Shown: positions 38,401-52,125 of the stretch, one piece after another
How positions within the stretch are numbered: the stretch's first letter is position 1
Layout of the letters: every line of letters starts with the position of its first letter
Source of the DNA: Trichoplax sp. H2
Lineage: Eukaryota
Direction: 5' to 3'
Length of the DNA stretch: 64,000 nt
NCBI GenBank assembly: GCA_003344405.1
Contig: NOWV01000112.1
Span: 62,001 to 126,000, forward strand
The notes under the pieces: model-generated
What the model was told of the DNA's origin: nothing
Seen by the model: the letters and a program-made list of their open reading frames with translations, nothing else
Database searches by the model: none
Made by a program: the position numbers and the translations under genes

Positions 38401-41400
38401 GGAATATGCATCTATCGGGGAATGCTATAAAAATGGAGGGATTTTCTAGCTGATACTGTTAATGTAACATTTTATTACATTGATTGTTTCTGGTGTAGTA
38501 TATTGGAGCCAAATATAAATTTAAATTTAAGGAAGGAGTACAATACATACTGCCGAAATTGTTAATAGTACCTATTCAGCACTGCTTAAAGTACTTTGAC
38601 TTCATTGATGTAAGTGATGTGATTTGGCTAAGTTTACCTACACTTCATTTCTTAACAGATTAGTGCTGACGATTGCTAATACCAGATTAGGTCATTGATA
38701 ATGAATCTATACTGGTAAATTAATTGATTTATGTTTCTTCATATGATCGATGCTATAGCTCTTAGCAGGAGTAACAGTCCATCAAGAAGATCATGATAAT
38801 CTTGAACAGGTAATAAAGTTAATATGCTTATTAGCGATTTGCTCTTGCAAAGATATAACCGTTATCGTTTATTATAATAACTTTAATGTTGTTTTTATAT
38901 AACTTCTTGTAGGCTTTGGGAATTCTAAGAACTCTGCAGATCCAAATTAAAAAAACATGTGATACGTTAATCGGAAAAAGGAGACATTAGTATGCGATTT
39001 TTGTTACTCTATAATATTGGTATCAGAATGATTCATTAAATTTTTTTGGTTTCTAAATGCAATGTATTCAAATGGTTTTTTTGGAAATCATGTAGTGGGG
39101 ATGCATTTGAGTGTTTGTTGCGTCCTAGCAGACGGAGAACGCCAATGCATATGCTTTACGAGCTCGAGGAAGCAATAGATGCGTGGGAGGTTGGTTGCTT
39201 GTATTATTAGCGATTTGTTGCCTAGAAGTGTATTATATTGATACTTAGTATGGAAGTATCTCTCTTCTGATAGGGATCGAGTATAGCTTCTTGCTGCACG
39301 AACATGCTTATGGGTAAATAATAATCATATCTCGATACTTTGTGACTAAGATGATAGCACATTATAATAAGTATTAGTATAATACTTGTGATTGCAAATA
39401 GACTAAAGTTTTCTTCGATCTTTATTTAATTTTCAGAGGGTATACTGTATAAAATGTCATCTGGAAAAAAGGTTGGTTCACTTTTAAATTGTTCTACGTA
39501 ATATTATCTAACAGTTTAGATACTACCAAATTATAACCCACTTACGATCTATTTAAAATAGCTTTCAGAGCGTCAAGTGTTCCTCCTAGACGGCTTATTA
39601 ATTTGCTGTAAAAAGAATACGAAGCCGTCTTCATCTGCGGCTAGCTTTAGGCTAAAAGAACTCTTCAGTGTTAGAAAGACTGAGATTATCGATCATGAGA
39701 GTGGTATGGTTGATTAAGAAATGTACAAATTCCGCAAAGAGCGTGATAATGTTAGAATCTATAGTGCATATTTTCCATTTACAGATACAAGCTTTGAGAT
39801 CGTAGATCGAGATCACCGCTCTATAACGCTTGCTGCAAGAGATTCAAAAGACAAACTTGAATGGATGTCAGTTTTATGTCTCTTACACTGTAAAAGGTAC
39901 CATATCATATTAAAACATATTATTTTTCCTAGTCGTAATCTTTCGTAGAGTAGTTCTTGATAATGCTTACAGCATGTCTTCGAACTTTATAAGTTCTCGC
40001 AACTTTCAACTTTATAGGGATAACTAATCCAACTCTTATAGGGCTGTGCTAGGCTTAAGTTATTATTACATAGAATTTCTGTTTGTATTTTTTAGTGCCA
40101 TGGATCGGACTCTGGATGGCTTATTACAAGAACAAGAAAATGCAACCATACTTAGACTTCCGGATCCTAAGCATTACAGGTATGTACTATGCCCTATAAA
40201 GTAGTGCATTGTGTCGAACTTTTAGATTTATATGCTATCTAAGATATTTTATTGAAATCACTGAATTTCGTCAGATTTGCTATACCCGACAAAGTTGGAA
40301 CTGATGGCAATATTGTATTGGAGGAGAATAAATATGTTAGTGCTATATGTGAGATTTAAAATGGCTATTTCTGCAATTATTCGTATGATGGGTTACCGTT
40401 TTTAAAACTGAATTTCTGTTAATGCTGTAGAATCCATCCGGTGTGCCATTAGTAAAGGGTGGAACTATTTTAAAATTAGTTGAAAGGCTAACATATCATA
40501 AATATTCAGGTAAGGAAGCTTTGAAGATTAATTTTTATTCGATATATCATGAAGATATCCATTTTAGGATTTTAAATGGAGTACCTTGTACGCACTTATT
40601 TTTTGGCATATGTCACAATGTTTTAGATCCTTCGTATGCGCGGATATTTTTAATCACGTACAGATCTTTCATGAAAGCAAGACATTTACTGGAACTCTTA
40701 ATAGAAAGATATCCTTCTTAAACAAATTTTAAAGCAAGCTTTTGATAGCGTACTCAGCAGAGTATGCGTTCTACTTACAACTTTGTACAAAACATCGTCA
40801 TTTAAGTACATGTTACGTTCCTGTCTAGTACGGTCTATAACATACTTAAAAGGTTCCACATAATTATGTAGATCATTATAATGATATCTCTTCCCTTAAC
40901 TGTACCTACATGTAACATACCAGAACCGGTGGAATTTATAGGATTGAATTACCAAGACTTTAGTGCTACCGTTAGGGATGAATATAAAAAGTTTAAAAAG
41001 GAATACCTAGAACCAGTACAACTACGGTAACGTAAGATTTATTAACATTGAAAATCTCTAAAATTTATGATTTTATTGGCGCATAATTGCTGATTTTACA
41101 TATTCGTAGAGTACTGAATGTTTTACGTCAATGGGTCGACCATCATTTTTACGACTTTGCCAAAGATGAGATACTTTTAGATAGATTGAAAGAAATGGTT
41201 GAGTCAAAGAAAGGTAAATCAATGCGAAAATGGATCGAATCGATAGTAAAGATCATAAATCGTAAGGTATGCTCTAAGGTTCATTTGAAATTTTTTGAAT
41301 TAGAATTAATACAAGAGCAATATAATATATTGTATGGTTTCTATTTGTATACTGTTAATGTAAAGTTCTCATTTTAATTAGGAACAGGAAATCTACTTCA

Positions 41401-44142
41401 GTATTGCGTCCGATACTTCTCCAACATTTGATTTTTCGCCTCCACCGATAGAATGGTATATTGCTCGAAAATCGGATCAATACTCCATTCTTACGGTAAG
41501 AGTAGAGTAAAATTGTTATTACCTTATTTATCTAGCCGTAATGTTACGGTTAATAAAATTACATACTTTTTAATATACGCTACTCTAACTTTTTTCACGA
41601 CCTGTAGCTTCATCCGGTAGAAATAGCTCGTCAACTGACACTTATAGAGTCGGAATTATTTAGGTCTGTACTTACTATACGGTTTATTAGTAAATTACTA
41701 AGTGGATAACATTTTGGTGGTACTAAACTAAAAGACTAAATGAAATCATGCTTTTATGATAGGGCTGTTAAACCCTCTGAATTGGTTGGTGTTATGTGGA
41801 CAAAGCCTGATAAGGACAAATTAGCTCCAAACGTTTTGCAACTCATTCAGCACTCGACATTGGTATTACATTTCGTACCCGCCAGTTGAATTGTTAGATT
41901 GCCTCTTACTAGATTTCTGAATATTGAATTTTCAGATTACGCATTGGTGCGAAAATGAAATTTTAAAGCATGAAAATTTAGAAGAGAGAACAGCAGTAGT
42001 TTTGAGATTCATTGAAGTACTAATGGTGAGTTTAGAGACAATAGAACAACGAGAAAATTATTAAACCTTATATCTACTGTCATAATTGATCTTTCCTTTG
42101 TGAAATACGTAATAAAATAAATAGGTTTTCGAGGAGTTGAATAATTTAAATGGGATACTTGAGATTGCTAGCGCAATAGGTTCGTCGCCTGTTCACAGAT
42201 TAGAGCATACTTTCAAGGTAATTTATGTAGTTATTAAATTATTAAAGGAAGGTAGTAATATTTTACAATGTAATATACAGTGCTGGATAAGAATATATAG
42301 GGAATAGAGTATGAAATGCTTACATTAAAATTATTGCATTTAATTTCTATATAGGAAATTCCGCCTAAGCGACTTTCTTATTTAAAGGAAATGCTTGGAC
42401 TTACAGCTGATCATTTCCGAAAGTATAATGAGAAATTGCGCTCCGTAAATCCGCCATGTATTCCGTTTATGGGTACAAAGATAAATTATAGAATAGTACT
42501 TTGTTGACTCAAAATTAATTTCAGGGATACTATGCTACTTTTTTTTACTTAGGAAAATATTTAACAGAAATTCTTCATACCGAAGAAGGAAATCCTGATT
42601 TTTTACCGACTAGCTCATCGGAAACTATAATTAATTTTCATAAAAGGTAGCACTTTCAGCGCTTGTCTATCGCATAAATAATTGTAAGGTCCAATATAAT
42701 ATTAATCTGGAATCTGTAATCATTGACAATCTTAGGCGTAAAGTCGCAGATATTGTTGGTGAAATTCAGCAATTTCAGAATGTTCCATATTGTCTGAGAG
42801 AAGAACCCAGTATCAAAGTAGGTCTAGCATGATCAGTACTAAAGTTCTTTATATTAGGTAAATCTGTTCGCATTTATAAATACTGCATTTGTGGTTTATT
42901 CATTTTATCGTTTATGCGCTATTAGCGATTTTTGACATCCTTGGATCCGACCGAAACAAAAAGTAAAAGCCAATTTGAGGATTATTTATACGAACAGTCT
43001 TTGAAAGTTGAACCTCGTGATAAGACCGATCCTCCGAAATTTGTGAGTGATAGTATAGAACTAGTATTATGATTTTACTTTCATATACTGTAGTTAGCTT
43101 TTTTATATTTAATTAGTAACACTAATTATGTCATGGTATATAAAATTTATTTGCTTTGTATAATCTTAGAAAGTTAATAGGTTATTTTAATGTTTTTTTG
43201 CTGCTTCTGTTATGTGTTACTGTGTAAATTAGTTAGACCTCTTACAATTATTTGCCTTTGCAGAGTCGTCGAACTGATGTACCTTTAAAGTCTCCTGGTA
43301 TTAAGATTCGATCAAACTCTTTAACTGGTATGGGTATTATGACATCCAACCCAATAGCTACCAGAAGAACAAGCGGTAGTGGCGGCAGAGATTCTATCAG
43401 ATCATTTTCGGAAGCTGTCAATCAAGGCTCTTTAGCTTCAAAAAAGCGTACTCTTAGCCGTAGTAGAGGTTCAAATTTCGAATTTCTTACAAGCACTTCT
43501 CAACCAGACGCTTTCTTAGGAAGAGGGGCGGTTCGATCATTATCATTGCCTATTGATCCAAACATAAAGTTACTGAAGGGAAATAGAATCAGAACCGTTT
43601 CGAACTCATCAATAGCGTCAACAGAACCAATTACGTTGTTTGAAAATGAATACGAGTCTAGCAATGAAATTATTCCGCCAGTTCCGCCGCGGAAAAGTCG
43701 ATCAGCTTCATCAAGTGACATCCATAGATTAGAAGTTGTCGAAGATAAGCATGAAGTACTGACTCGCCATTTATCTTTCCGTGGCCACCCAAGTGGTGAT
43801 TCAAGACTGCCGCTCCCAATTCAAGAAGAGGTAATATTTGATGAAAATGATCAGCAGGACAAACCGCCTCCGTTGCCACCTAAACCGCGACAACTATTTA
43901 TTGAATCGACTAATCCACAGAAAGCCGATGATACTGGAGTACCACCACCTTTACCGCCGAGAGATTTTTCATCTACACCATGCGCTAACACATTTTTTAA
44001 TGTTCATTTCATGGATAATGGTGATGTTGATGGAAATGATGTAGATAAGGCTCCACTTCCACCTCCACGATTGCTTAATCGAAGCACATCAAAAACTGAT
44101 GAACCACCACCACCATTACCACCACGGCCTGCTAAGGCATAA
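32468..44142 (+). CDS. SOS: Son of sevenless homolog (histone fold, DH, PH, REM, CDC25 RasGEF, proline-rich tail); many short exons
   Basis: Exon 1 32468-32536 ([23 protein letters not shown]), a ~3.6 kb intron, then histone fold ([24 protein letters not shown]), DH ([18 protein letters not shown]), PH ([15 protein letters not shown]), REM ([35 protein letters not shown]) and CDC25 ([31 protein letters not shown]). The last exon, 43264-44142, carries several PxxPxR/K Grb2-binding motifs. Confidence 0.96.
40709..40909 (+). other. U12-type (minor spliceosome) AT-AC intron in SOS
   Basis: 5' site AG|ATATCCTTCT at 40709, branch-like TTCCCTTAAC at 40891-40900, 3' site TAC|A at 40909. Splicing restores LLIER-CNIPEP...[11 protein letters not shown], colinear with SOS IIERFEIPEP...RKEYIQPVQLR. 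Confidence 0.92.
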
Positions 44143-47100
44143 TTTATCTCTGTGTTTAAAATAAAATTAGCCTTAGAAAAGGTTTTCAACGCTGCGGTAC
44201 GCCATACTACGGTACAATATATTGATACATTATGTTATAGTATAAATCAATTTGTAAACAAATTCATTAGCAAATCTTCTAAGGTTTATGCATAAATGAA
44301 AGCTTGCATATGAAAAGGAATTTCAGTTAGCATGCTTCATTATTTTACAATAACTCATATAATACTATTATTTGCCAAATTTTATACAATTTATTTAGTA
44401 ATAAGATAATGTGAATCGATAACTCTTACCAATACAATCGTTGCGTTAGATGTTCGATAGATCGTTATTGAATTGGTATATGTATGTACTCATATGTATA
44501 CGCGTGTCAGGTCAGAATGCTGACTACAGACGTTGTTGGCGTCTGGTACCACAGGAATAATTTTTATGTAATATATGTTATGAATCAAATCAGTGATGTA
44601 TATTAGAGTGGTTCTATGTACCTGTAAATCGATATTAATGATACATTGGTAGTTGTTCATACAATATTCTCCAATATGCATTTGAAGCATACTGTACAAC
44701 CATGACAATATATAAGTGTCACAAGTATGATATCGCTATTTTGATGAATATGCTTATGTCGTCGTCTGACATTCTAAATTTCATCCGATTACATACGTAA
44801 TGACGATGAGATCGTTTTTAATTTTTTTGGATGTATATTGAAATGAATTTAAATTTTCATACATTTTGTTACTTATGCTGTAATAATGTAATTCGTTTAT
44901 CTTGCCAATTCTAGCCGGAACGGTTATCACTTGAACACTGTAAGTTATTTGCTAACGACACTGTTGATAAAATTAACAGCAGTTCTTTTTACGAATCAAT
45001 GAATTAAGTATTTTGCTACTAGCTGGCTTATAATCATGCATTATGGTACTATTGCGGAATATAAGAATAATAAATATTACAGTAATCATTGCAACAGGCC
45101 AGAAATAAAAAGAATTGCTATGCCACTATATAAACTTGCCAGATTCTTGTATTTTGCATTAACGACAAAAATTTCTTGTCCTCTTCGTGGGTTAATCATA
45201 CACCGTACACAAGATTTTCACGAACCATATCTAATAATCCTCCCTCTCGCCATGAGCTTGGAACGCACATAGCATGCTATAGCAATGAAACTGCTAGCTT
45301 GACCGAACTTAGATTATGTGTACCGCATGACGATGTACTTACTTGTATCTATTGCGCAAGTATCGGCTTAATTGTTAAATTATTTAGCTATAATTACATT
45401 TTACTATTCTATTTAAATGGCAATTTCAATGTCTCATATTCAATCAATATAGTTGGGTAATACGATCAGTATAATTTGCCTTGGTATCCGACAAATGTGA
45501 TTCGTGAACTTCTTGGCAGAATAATGTAAATAGATTTAAAATTTGTCAAATGTGTGTTATAGTATAATTTAATTATTGAACTTACTGTATTTATATAGGA
45601 ACGGAAATAAAAAAATTTCGGCACACGTAGATATAGTACCATTTTGAGATAAAACATTTTGATAAAGAACGACTATCTTTCTTTATATGGTAAAAAGTCC
45701 GTATACGAATAACAAAGAGAGGAGAAGTTTTCGATTAAAATGTAGATTACCGTTGAGTTTACTTAACTCTCTAGGCTCTCTAAATTGGTCAAGCAAGTAT
45801 TCCCTCAAGCTTAGAAAGATGATATTGATATATCCTAGCCAGATGACGAGAAATACGTTGAAGTCTGCTATTACAATACGTTTAAGAATAGTTTGGGCAT
45901 ATTTTATTTTAAAGTATCCGATCTATTTAAACAAATGTGAGATAAAATTATCCGTAAGTGTTAATTGTATTATTAGAATAATAACAATTAAAATCGCTAG
46001 AGTATTGTTCTCCATCGCTTTCTGACTAGTTTAAACAAGATAGAAGTTGTCTACTTTATTTTTGAGGTGATAACGATCGCTCATGTTGGAAAATTAAATG
46101 CTAATAATTTTGTTATTGTAATTAATTTCGGTGCCGTAACCATTTTTCTTGGCGTACTGGAGAGTGAAATTGTAACGATTGAAGCCAATCACAGTAGTTA
46201 TGCGATAGGTAGAATAATAAAAAGTGGAGTTACTAGCGTGTTATTCTTTATCACTTTCTAACCAGTTTCAACACAATACTGTAGAAGTTGTCTATTTTAC
46301 TTTTAGAGGTGATAGCGATCGTTCATATTGGAAAAATGATTACAAAAATTCGTTACAGTAGTTAATTATTATCTAGTGAACTGCCCATTTGAATGAACGT
46401 GAATTAAACTTCAAATCGAACGCATGGTTAATATTTGAGAGTTGATCCTATAATTTAATTGAAAATATCGCTGATTCAATGCAAGACATTCAATTTTGAT
46501 TTTATTCGTATAAATAGGAAATTGAATAAATATTTATTTTGTACAGTTAATGTATACGACAGTATAAGTGTACATTGTATAAGTGTACATTGGCCTTTCC
46601 ATACTTATATCAATCATAATAAAGTTATTCACGTGTCTTTATTTTGATGACGACTCTAGTAATAAGCGTATACTGTACTATATGTTTAAAACAAATGTAC
46701 TCATGTGATGTGATGATGTAATAAAATACATATAAATACATAGTCTAATACAGCGATAATATTTGAACTATGTTATTCCGATTAAATGCCATAAAATCAA
46801 GTAATCATAGTATAAAATACGTTTGCTTCTCGAAGTTTTGGATTTAACATAGTGTCACAAAATAAATCAGCCGAATGCGGTTAAAATAACTGTACGATAG
46901 TGAGGCTGCATCTTATATCAGGCATAGAGATATTACTTACTTTTCGCTAGACAATTTTATCAGCCGAATCACAAAATAACTCAACCGAAATAAAGGATAA
47001 AATAAAATTATACCCGCATTATAACAGCAAGAGAATGAGCAATTAGTGTATTTTAGATGATGAGTATCAAGATCAAATTATACTAATATGTACGTACGAA

Positions 47101-47239
47101 TAGTAGTGACAACTTGTATTGATCATCACTGACTTATAATAAAATTATACCTCTTTTATAACGGCAAGAACTTAAACAATTAGTCTATTTTAGATAGTAT
47201 CAAAATTAAAACTTGACGAATATTCTTATCGCCTATACC

Positions 47240-48234
47240 TGAGTTTTAATTCTTGTTTTCCATTTTTATTGATAAAAATTAATGTCTTTAATTTTCTTGC
47301 TCCCCGCGCGATTTTTATCACTTCTTTTGCTGTTTATTCTCCTAGCTCGGTAAACTCACGAACATCCTTAATACGATCTTTCAATTCACCTAAAATCTTC
47401 GATCTGCTGGGATACTTCTAAATCTCACAGCTGATATATACCGAATACACGCGTAAAATATAGATATTTTCTGTCCAGTTACATCACTCAAAAACGATTT
47501 TGCTGGATTAGCTTCATTCTTTCTTATAAATATGGCTGCAACCAAAGAAACTGTAGCGTTAGAACCGGTCTTTTCCATCGTTCCTGCCAATTCTTTCCAG
47601 TTCCAAGATTCGCTAAATTGAATAGGGAATGTCCCACTAACTTCATCTTCATAGGTAGGATCTATAGCATGCTTTTGATTTAATATAACAGCTTATGTCA
47701 TTTCCAAACTGCCTCTGGCGTAAAAATATTTCCTAACACATTGGCAAATTGTTGCATAACATCCAATACTTATAGCGTTGATAACTGATTACATTGTTAT
47801 ATTTAACTCTCATGATATATGATTTGACAAGATCGGAATAATTGTGATGCATGACTTGCAATTGAATTTGAGTGACTTTTCTTACATTGAATAAGTCTCT
47901 TCATATTTGCCTTGATCTAAATACACATTTCATAAATTGCTATCTCGGGATGATAGTGATCAAGGATTGATAATTTATTTTGAGTGACTTTTCATACATA
48001 GAAATAGCGTCTTCATACTTACCTTGATTATTATACGCATTACCTAGATTGTTATATGATTTATCAATATCGGAATGGTTATGACTAAAGGCTGACAATG
48101 AATTTGAGAGACTTCTTATACATAGAAATAGTCTCTTCATGCTTGCCTTGATTACAATATGCAGTTTCCATGTTGCTATATGATGTAAAAATATTGGGAT
48201 GATGATGACCAAAGATTGAGAATGTAATTTTAAG
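47240..48234 (-). pseudogene. Decayed 3' extension of the TPR gene: further broken TPR units and a death-fold-like exon
   Basis: The TAA at 48235-48237 replaces the Ser of KKSLKI and the repeat continues (LKITFSIFGHHHPNI...), then frameshifts (HSDIDKSYNNLGNAYNNQGKYEDAISMYEKSLK). A downstream exon from ~47661 reads ...SWNWKELAGTM...NPAKSFLSDV... with a further frameshift and stop. Confidence 0.65.
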
Positions 48235-51200
48235 TTATTTCTTATACATAAAAATAGCCTTTTCATGCTTACCTTGACTATTACATATATATTCTAGGTT
48301 GTTATATGATTTGATTATATCGGGATGATTATGACCAATAAGTGAAAATTGAATTTTAAGAGACTTCTCATACATCGAAATAGCCTCTTTATACTTGCTT
48401 TGATTATAATATGAGGCTCCCAGATTGTTATATAATGTTGCAACATCGGGTTGATTATGATCACAGACTGACAATATAATTTTAAGAGATTTCTCATACA
48501 TAGAAATAGCTTCTTCATGCTTGCCTTGATTGTTGTACACATTTCCTAGATTGCTATATGATTTAGCAACTTTGGGATGATTATGAGTAAAGATTGATAG
48601 TCTAATTTTGAGAGATTTCGCATACATAGAAATAGCCTCTTCATGCTTGCTTTGATGTAAGTACACATTTCCTAGATTGTTATATGATACAGAAATATCG
48701 GGATGATTATGGTCAAAGACTGACAATTGAATTTCGAGAGATTTCTTATACATAAAAATAGCCTCTTCATGCTTGTTTTGATTAGAATACACATTTCCTA
48801 GATTATTAAGTGATTTGGCAACATGGGGATGATTAGGACCAAACACTGACGATGTAATTTTGAGAGACTTCTCATGCATAGATATAGCCTCTTCATGTCT
48901 GCCTTGATTACCATACACATTTCCTAGATTGTTATATAGCGTAGTAATATCGGGATGATTATGATCAAAGATTCGCAATGTAATTTTGAGAGACTTCTCA
49001 TACATAGAAATAGCCTCTTCATATTTGCTTTTACGTGAATATACATTTCCCAGATTGTTATATAATTTAGCAATATCGGGATGATTATGACCAAAGACTG
49101 ACAATGTGATTTTAAGAGACTTTTCATACATAAAAATAGCCTCTTCATGCTTGCCTTGATTAGAATATGTAGATCCTATGTTGTTATATGATTTGGCAAT
49201 ATCGGGATGATTATGACCAAAGACTGACGATGTAATTTTGAGAGACATCTTATACATAGAAATAGCCTCTTCATGTTTGCCTTGACATCTATATGCAGTT
49301 CCTAAGTCGTTATATGATGTAGCAACATGGGCATGATTATGACCAAAGACTGACAGTCTAATTTTAACAGACTTCTTGTACATAGAAACAGCCTCTTCAT
49401 GCTTGCCTTGATTATTGTACACATTTCCTAGATTGTTATATGATGCAGCAACATCGGGATGATTATGACCAAAAAATGATAATGTAATTTTGAGAGACTT
49501 CTCATACATAGAACAAGCCTCTTCATGCTTGCTTTGATTATAATATGCAGCTCCCATGTTGTTATATAATTTGGCAACATCGGGATGATTATGGCCAAAA
49601 AATGATAATGTAATTTTGAGAGACTTCTCATACATAGAACAAGCCTCTTTATGCTTGCCTTGATATCTATATGCAGTTCCTATGTTGCTATATGATGCAG
49701 CAATATCGAAATGATTATGGCCAAAGACTGATAATCTAATTTTGAGAGACTTCTCATACATAGAAATAGCTTCTTCATGCTTGCCTTGATCAGAATATGC
49801 AGTTCCCAAGTTGTTATATGATGTAGCAACATCGGAATGATTATGGCCAAAGACTGACAATCTAACTTTGAGAGACTTCTCATACATAAAAATAGCCTCT
49901 TCATGCTTGCTTTGATGTAAATACACATTTCCTAGATTGTTATATGACACAGAAACATCGGAATGATTATGACCAAAGACTGACAATTGAATTTTGAGAG
50001 ATTTCTTATACATAGAAATAGCCTCTTCATGCCTGCCTTGATTATCATACACATTTCCTAGATTGTTATATGATTTGGCAACAAGGGGATGATTATGACC
50101 AAAGACTGATAATTTAATTTTAAGAGATTTGTCATACATAGAAATAGCTTCTTCATACTTTCCTTGATTATAATACACATTTCCTAGATTGTTATATGAT
50201 TTGGCAATATCAGGATAATTATGACCAGAGGCTGACAATGTAATTTTGAGAGACTTCTCATACATAGAAATAGCCTCTTGATGTTTGCCTAGATTACCAT
50301 ACACATTTCCTAGATTGTTATACGATGCTGAAACATCGGGATGATTATGACTAAAGACTGACAATGTAATTTTGAGAGACTTCTCATACATAGAAATAGC
50401 CTCTGCATGCTTGCTTTGATCATAATATGCAGCTCCCATGTTGTTATATGATTTGGCAACATCGGGATGATTGTGACCAAAGACTGATAATTGAATTTTG
50501 AGAGATTTATCATACATAGAAATAGCCTCTTTATGCTTGCCTTGGTGTCTATATGCCTCTCCCATGTTGCTGTATGATTTGGCAACATGGGGATGATTAT
50601 GACCAAAGACTGATAATTGAATTTTGAGAGACTTCTCATACATAGAAATAGCTTCTTCATACTTGCCTTGATAATGATATGTAGCTCCCATGTTGTTATA
50701 TGTTGTAGCAACATCGGGATGATTATAACCAAAGACTAATAATGTAATTTTGAGAGACTTCTCAAACAAAAAAATAGCCTCATCATGCTTGCCTTGATTG
50801 GAATATGTAGATCCTATGTTGTTATATGACGCAGAAACATCGGGATGATTATGGCCAAAGACTGATGATGTAATTTTGAGAGACTTCTCATACATACAAA
50901 TAGCCATTTCGTGTTTGCCTTGATGTCTATATGCCTCTCCCATATTGTTATATAATTTGGCAAGATCCGGATGATTATGGCCAAAGACTGACAATTGAAT
51001 TTTGAGAGACTTCTCATAACTAGAAATAGCCTCTTCATACTTGCCTTGATTACAATACACATTTCCTAGATTGTTATATGATTTTGCAAGATCGGGATGA
51101 TTATGGCGAAAGACTAACGATGCAATTTTAATAGATTTCTGATACATAGAAATAGCCTCTTTATGCTTGCCTTGAACTAAATACGCGTTTCCTAGATTGT

Positions 51201-52125
51201 TATATGATTTGGCAACATTGGAATGATCGAGACTAAAGACTGACAGTGTAATTTTGAGAGACTTTTCATACATAGAAATAGCCTCTTCATACTTGCCTTG
51301 CTTGCAATACACATTTCCTAGATTGTTATATGATCCAGAAACATCGGGATGATTATGGCCAAAGAGCGACAATCTAATTTTGAGAGATTTCTCATACATA
51401 GAAACAGCCTCTTCATGATTGCCTTGATTAGAATATATCTTTCCCATGCTGTTATATGATTTGACAATATTGGGATGATTATGACCAAAGACTGACAATT
51501 GAATTTTGAGAGACTTTTCATACATAGAAATAGCCTCTTCATGCTTGCCTTGTTTATCATACACATTTCCTAAATTGTTATATAATTTGGCAACATCAGA
51601 ATGATTATGGCCAAAGATTGATAATGTAATTTTGAGGGACTTGTCATATATAGAAATAGCCTCATCATGCTTGCCTTGATTAAAATATGCGTTTCCTACG
51701 TTGTTATATGATCTAGCAATATCAGGATGATGGCGATCAAGGATTGATAATCTAATGTTGAGTGACTTTTCAAGCATAGAAATAGCCTCTTTATAATTAC
51801 CCTGATCATAGTAAATGATTCCTATCTCGTTGTATGAATTAGCGATGCTCGGATTATATTCTACTATACACCTTAATTTTATATCAACCGACTTCATATA
51901 ACTATTCAGTGCCTCATTCCAGTCTCGTTCCACTTGCTTAATATCACCATATCTATGTAAGCTTTCCGCAATCATCATTTCATCTTTTAGCTTCTCAGCT
52001 ATTTCTCGCGCTTTTTCTGTTAATTGTTTAGCCTTTATACGTTCGCTTTGCTGTAAATATATGCCACTAAGAAGAAGGCAGACATGATATTGAAGTCGAT
52101 CAGGATCAATAGTACATGTAGACAT
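48235..52125 (-). CDS. Intronless tetratricopeptide repeat protein (kinesin-light-chain/NPHP3-type TPR, ~29 x 42-aa repeats)
   Basis: 1296-aa ORF made of HPDVAxSYNNLGxxYxxQGKHEEAISMYEKSLKIxLSVFGHN units, with highly similar 126-bp DNA repeats. Confidence 0.9.
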   Translation of the reverse strand: MSTCTIDPDRLQYHVCLLLSGIYLQQSERIKAKQLTEKAREIAEKLKDEMMIAESLHRYGDIKQVERDWNEALNSYMKSVDIKLRCIVEYNPSIANSYNEIGIIYYDQGNYKEAISMLEKSLNIRLSILDRHHPDIARSYNNVGNAYFNQGKHDEAISIYDKSLKITLSIFGHNHSDVAKLYNNLGNVYDKQGKHEEAISMYEKSLKIQLSVFGHNHPNIVKSYNSMGKIYSNQGNHEEAVSMYEKSLKIRLSLFGHNHPDVSGSYNNLGNVYCKQGKYEEAISMYEKSLKITLSVFSLDHSNVAKSYNNLGNAYLVQGKHKEAISMYQKSIKIASLVFRHNHPDLAKSYNNLGNVYCNQGKYEEAISSYEKSLKIQLSVFGHNHPDLAKLYNNMGEAYRHQGKHEMAICMYEKSLKITSSVFGHNHPDVSASYNNIGSTYSNQGKHDEAIFLFEKSLKITLLVFGYNHPDVATTYNNMGATYHYQGKYEEAISMYEKSLKIQLSVFGHNHPHVAKSYSNMGEAYRHQGKHKEAISMYDKSLKIQLSVFGHNHPDVAKSYNNMGAAYYDQSKHAEAISMYEKSLKITLSVFSHNHPDVSASYNNLGNVYGNLGKHQEAISMYEKSLKITLSASGHNYPDIAKSYNNLGNVYYNQGKYEEAISMYDKSLKIKLSVFGHNHPLVAKSYNNLGNVYDNQGRHEEAISMYKKSLKIQLSVFGHNHSDVSVSYNNLGNVYLHQSKHEEAIFMYEKSLKVRLSVFGHNHSDVATSYNNLGTAYSDQGKHEEAISMYEKSLKIRLSVFGHNHFDIAASYSNIGTAYRYQGKHKEACSMYEKSLKITLSFFGHNHPDVAKLYNNMGAAYYNQSKHEEACSMYEKSLKITLSFFGHNHPDVAASYNNLGNVYNNQGKHEEAVSMYKKSVKIRLSVFGHNHAHVATSYNDLGTAYRCQGKHEEAISMYKMSLKITSSVFGHNHPDIAKSYNNIGSTYSNQGKHEEAIFMYEKSLKITLSVFGHNHPDIAKLYNNLGNVYSRKSKYEEAISMYEKSLKITLRIFDHNHPDITTLYNNLGNVYGNQGRHEEAISMHEKSLKITSSVFGPNHPHVAKSLNNLGNVYSNQNKHEEAIFMYKKSLEIQLSVFDHNHPDISVSYNNLGNVYLHQSKHEEAISMYAKSLKIRLSIFTHNHPKVAKSYSNLGNVYNNQGKHEEAISMYEKSLKIILSVCDHNQPDVATLYNNLGASYYNQSKYKEAISMYEKSLKIQFSLIGHNHPDIIKSYNNLEYICNSQGKHEKAIFMYKK

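Noticed and set aside
46040-47200. Short direct repeats (~50-60 bp at 46040/46281 and 47003/47140) as possible LTRs or TSDs
   Set aside because: They are too short and diverged, with no internal element features; probably old local duplications.
47940-51566. Many short alternative-frame ORFs (MKRLFLCMRSLSKL...) overlapping the TPR gene
   Set aside because: They are shadow frames of the 126-bp repeat, not independent genes.
48235-51860. Regular repeat array resembling a CRISPR
   Set aside because: It is a contiguous in-frame coding repeat with no unique spacers, in a eukaryotic context with no cas genes.
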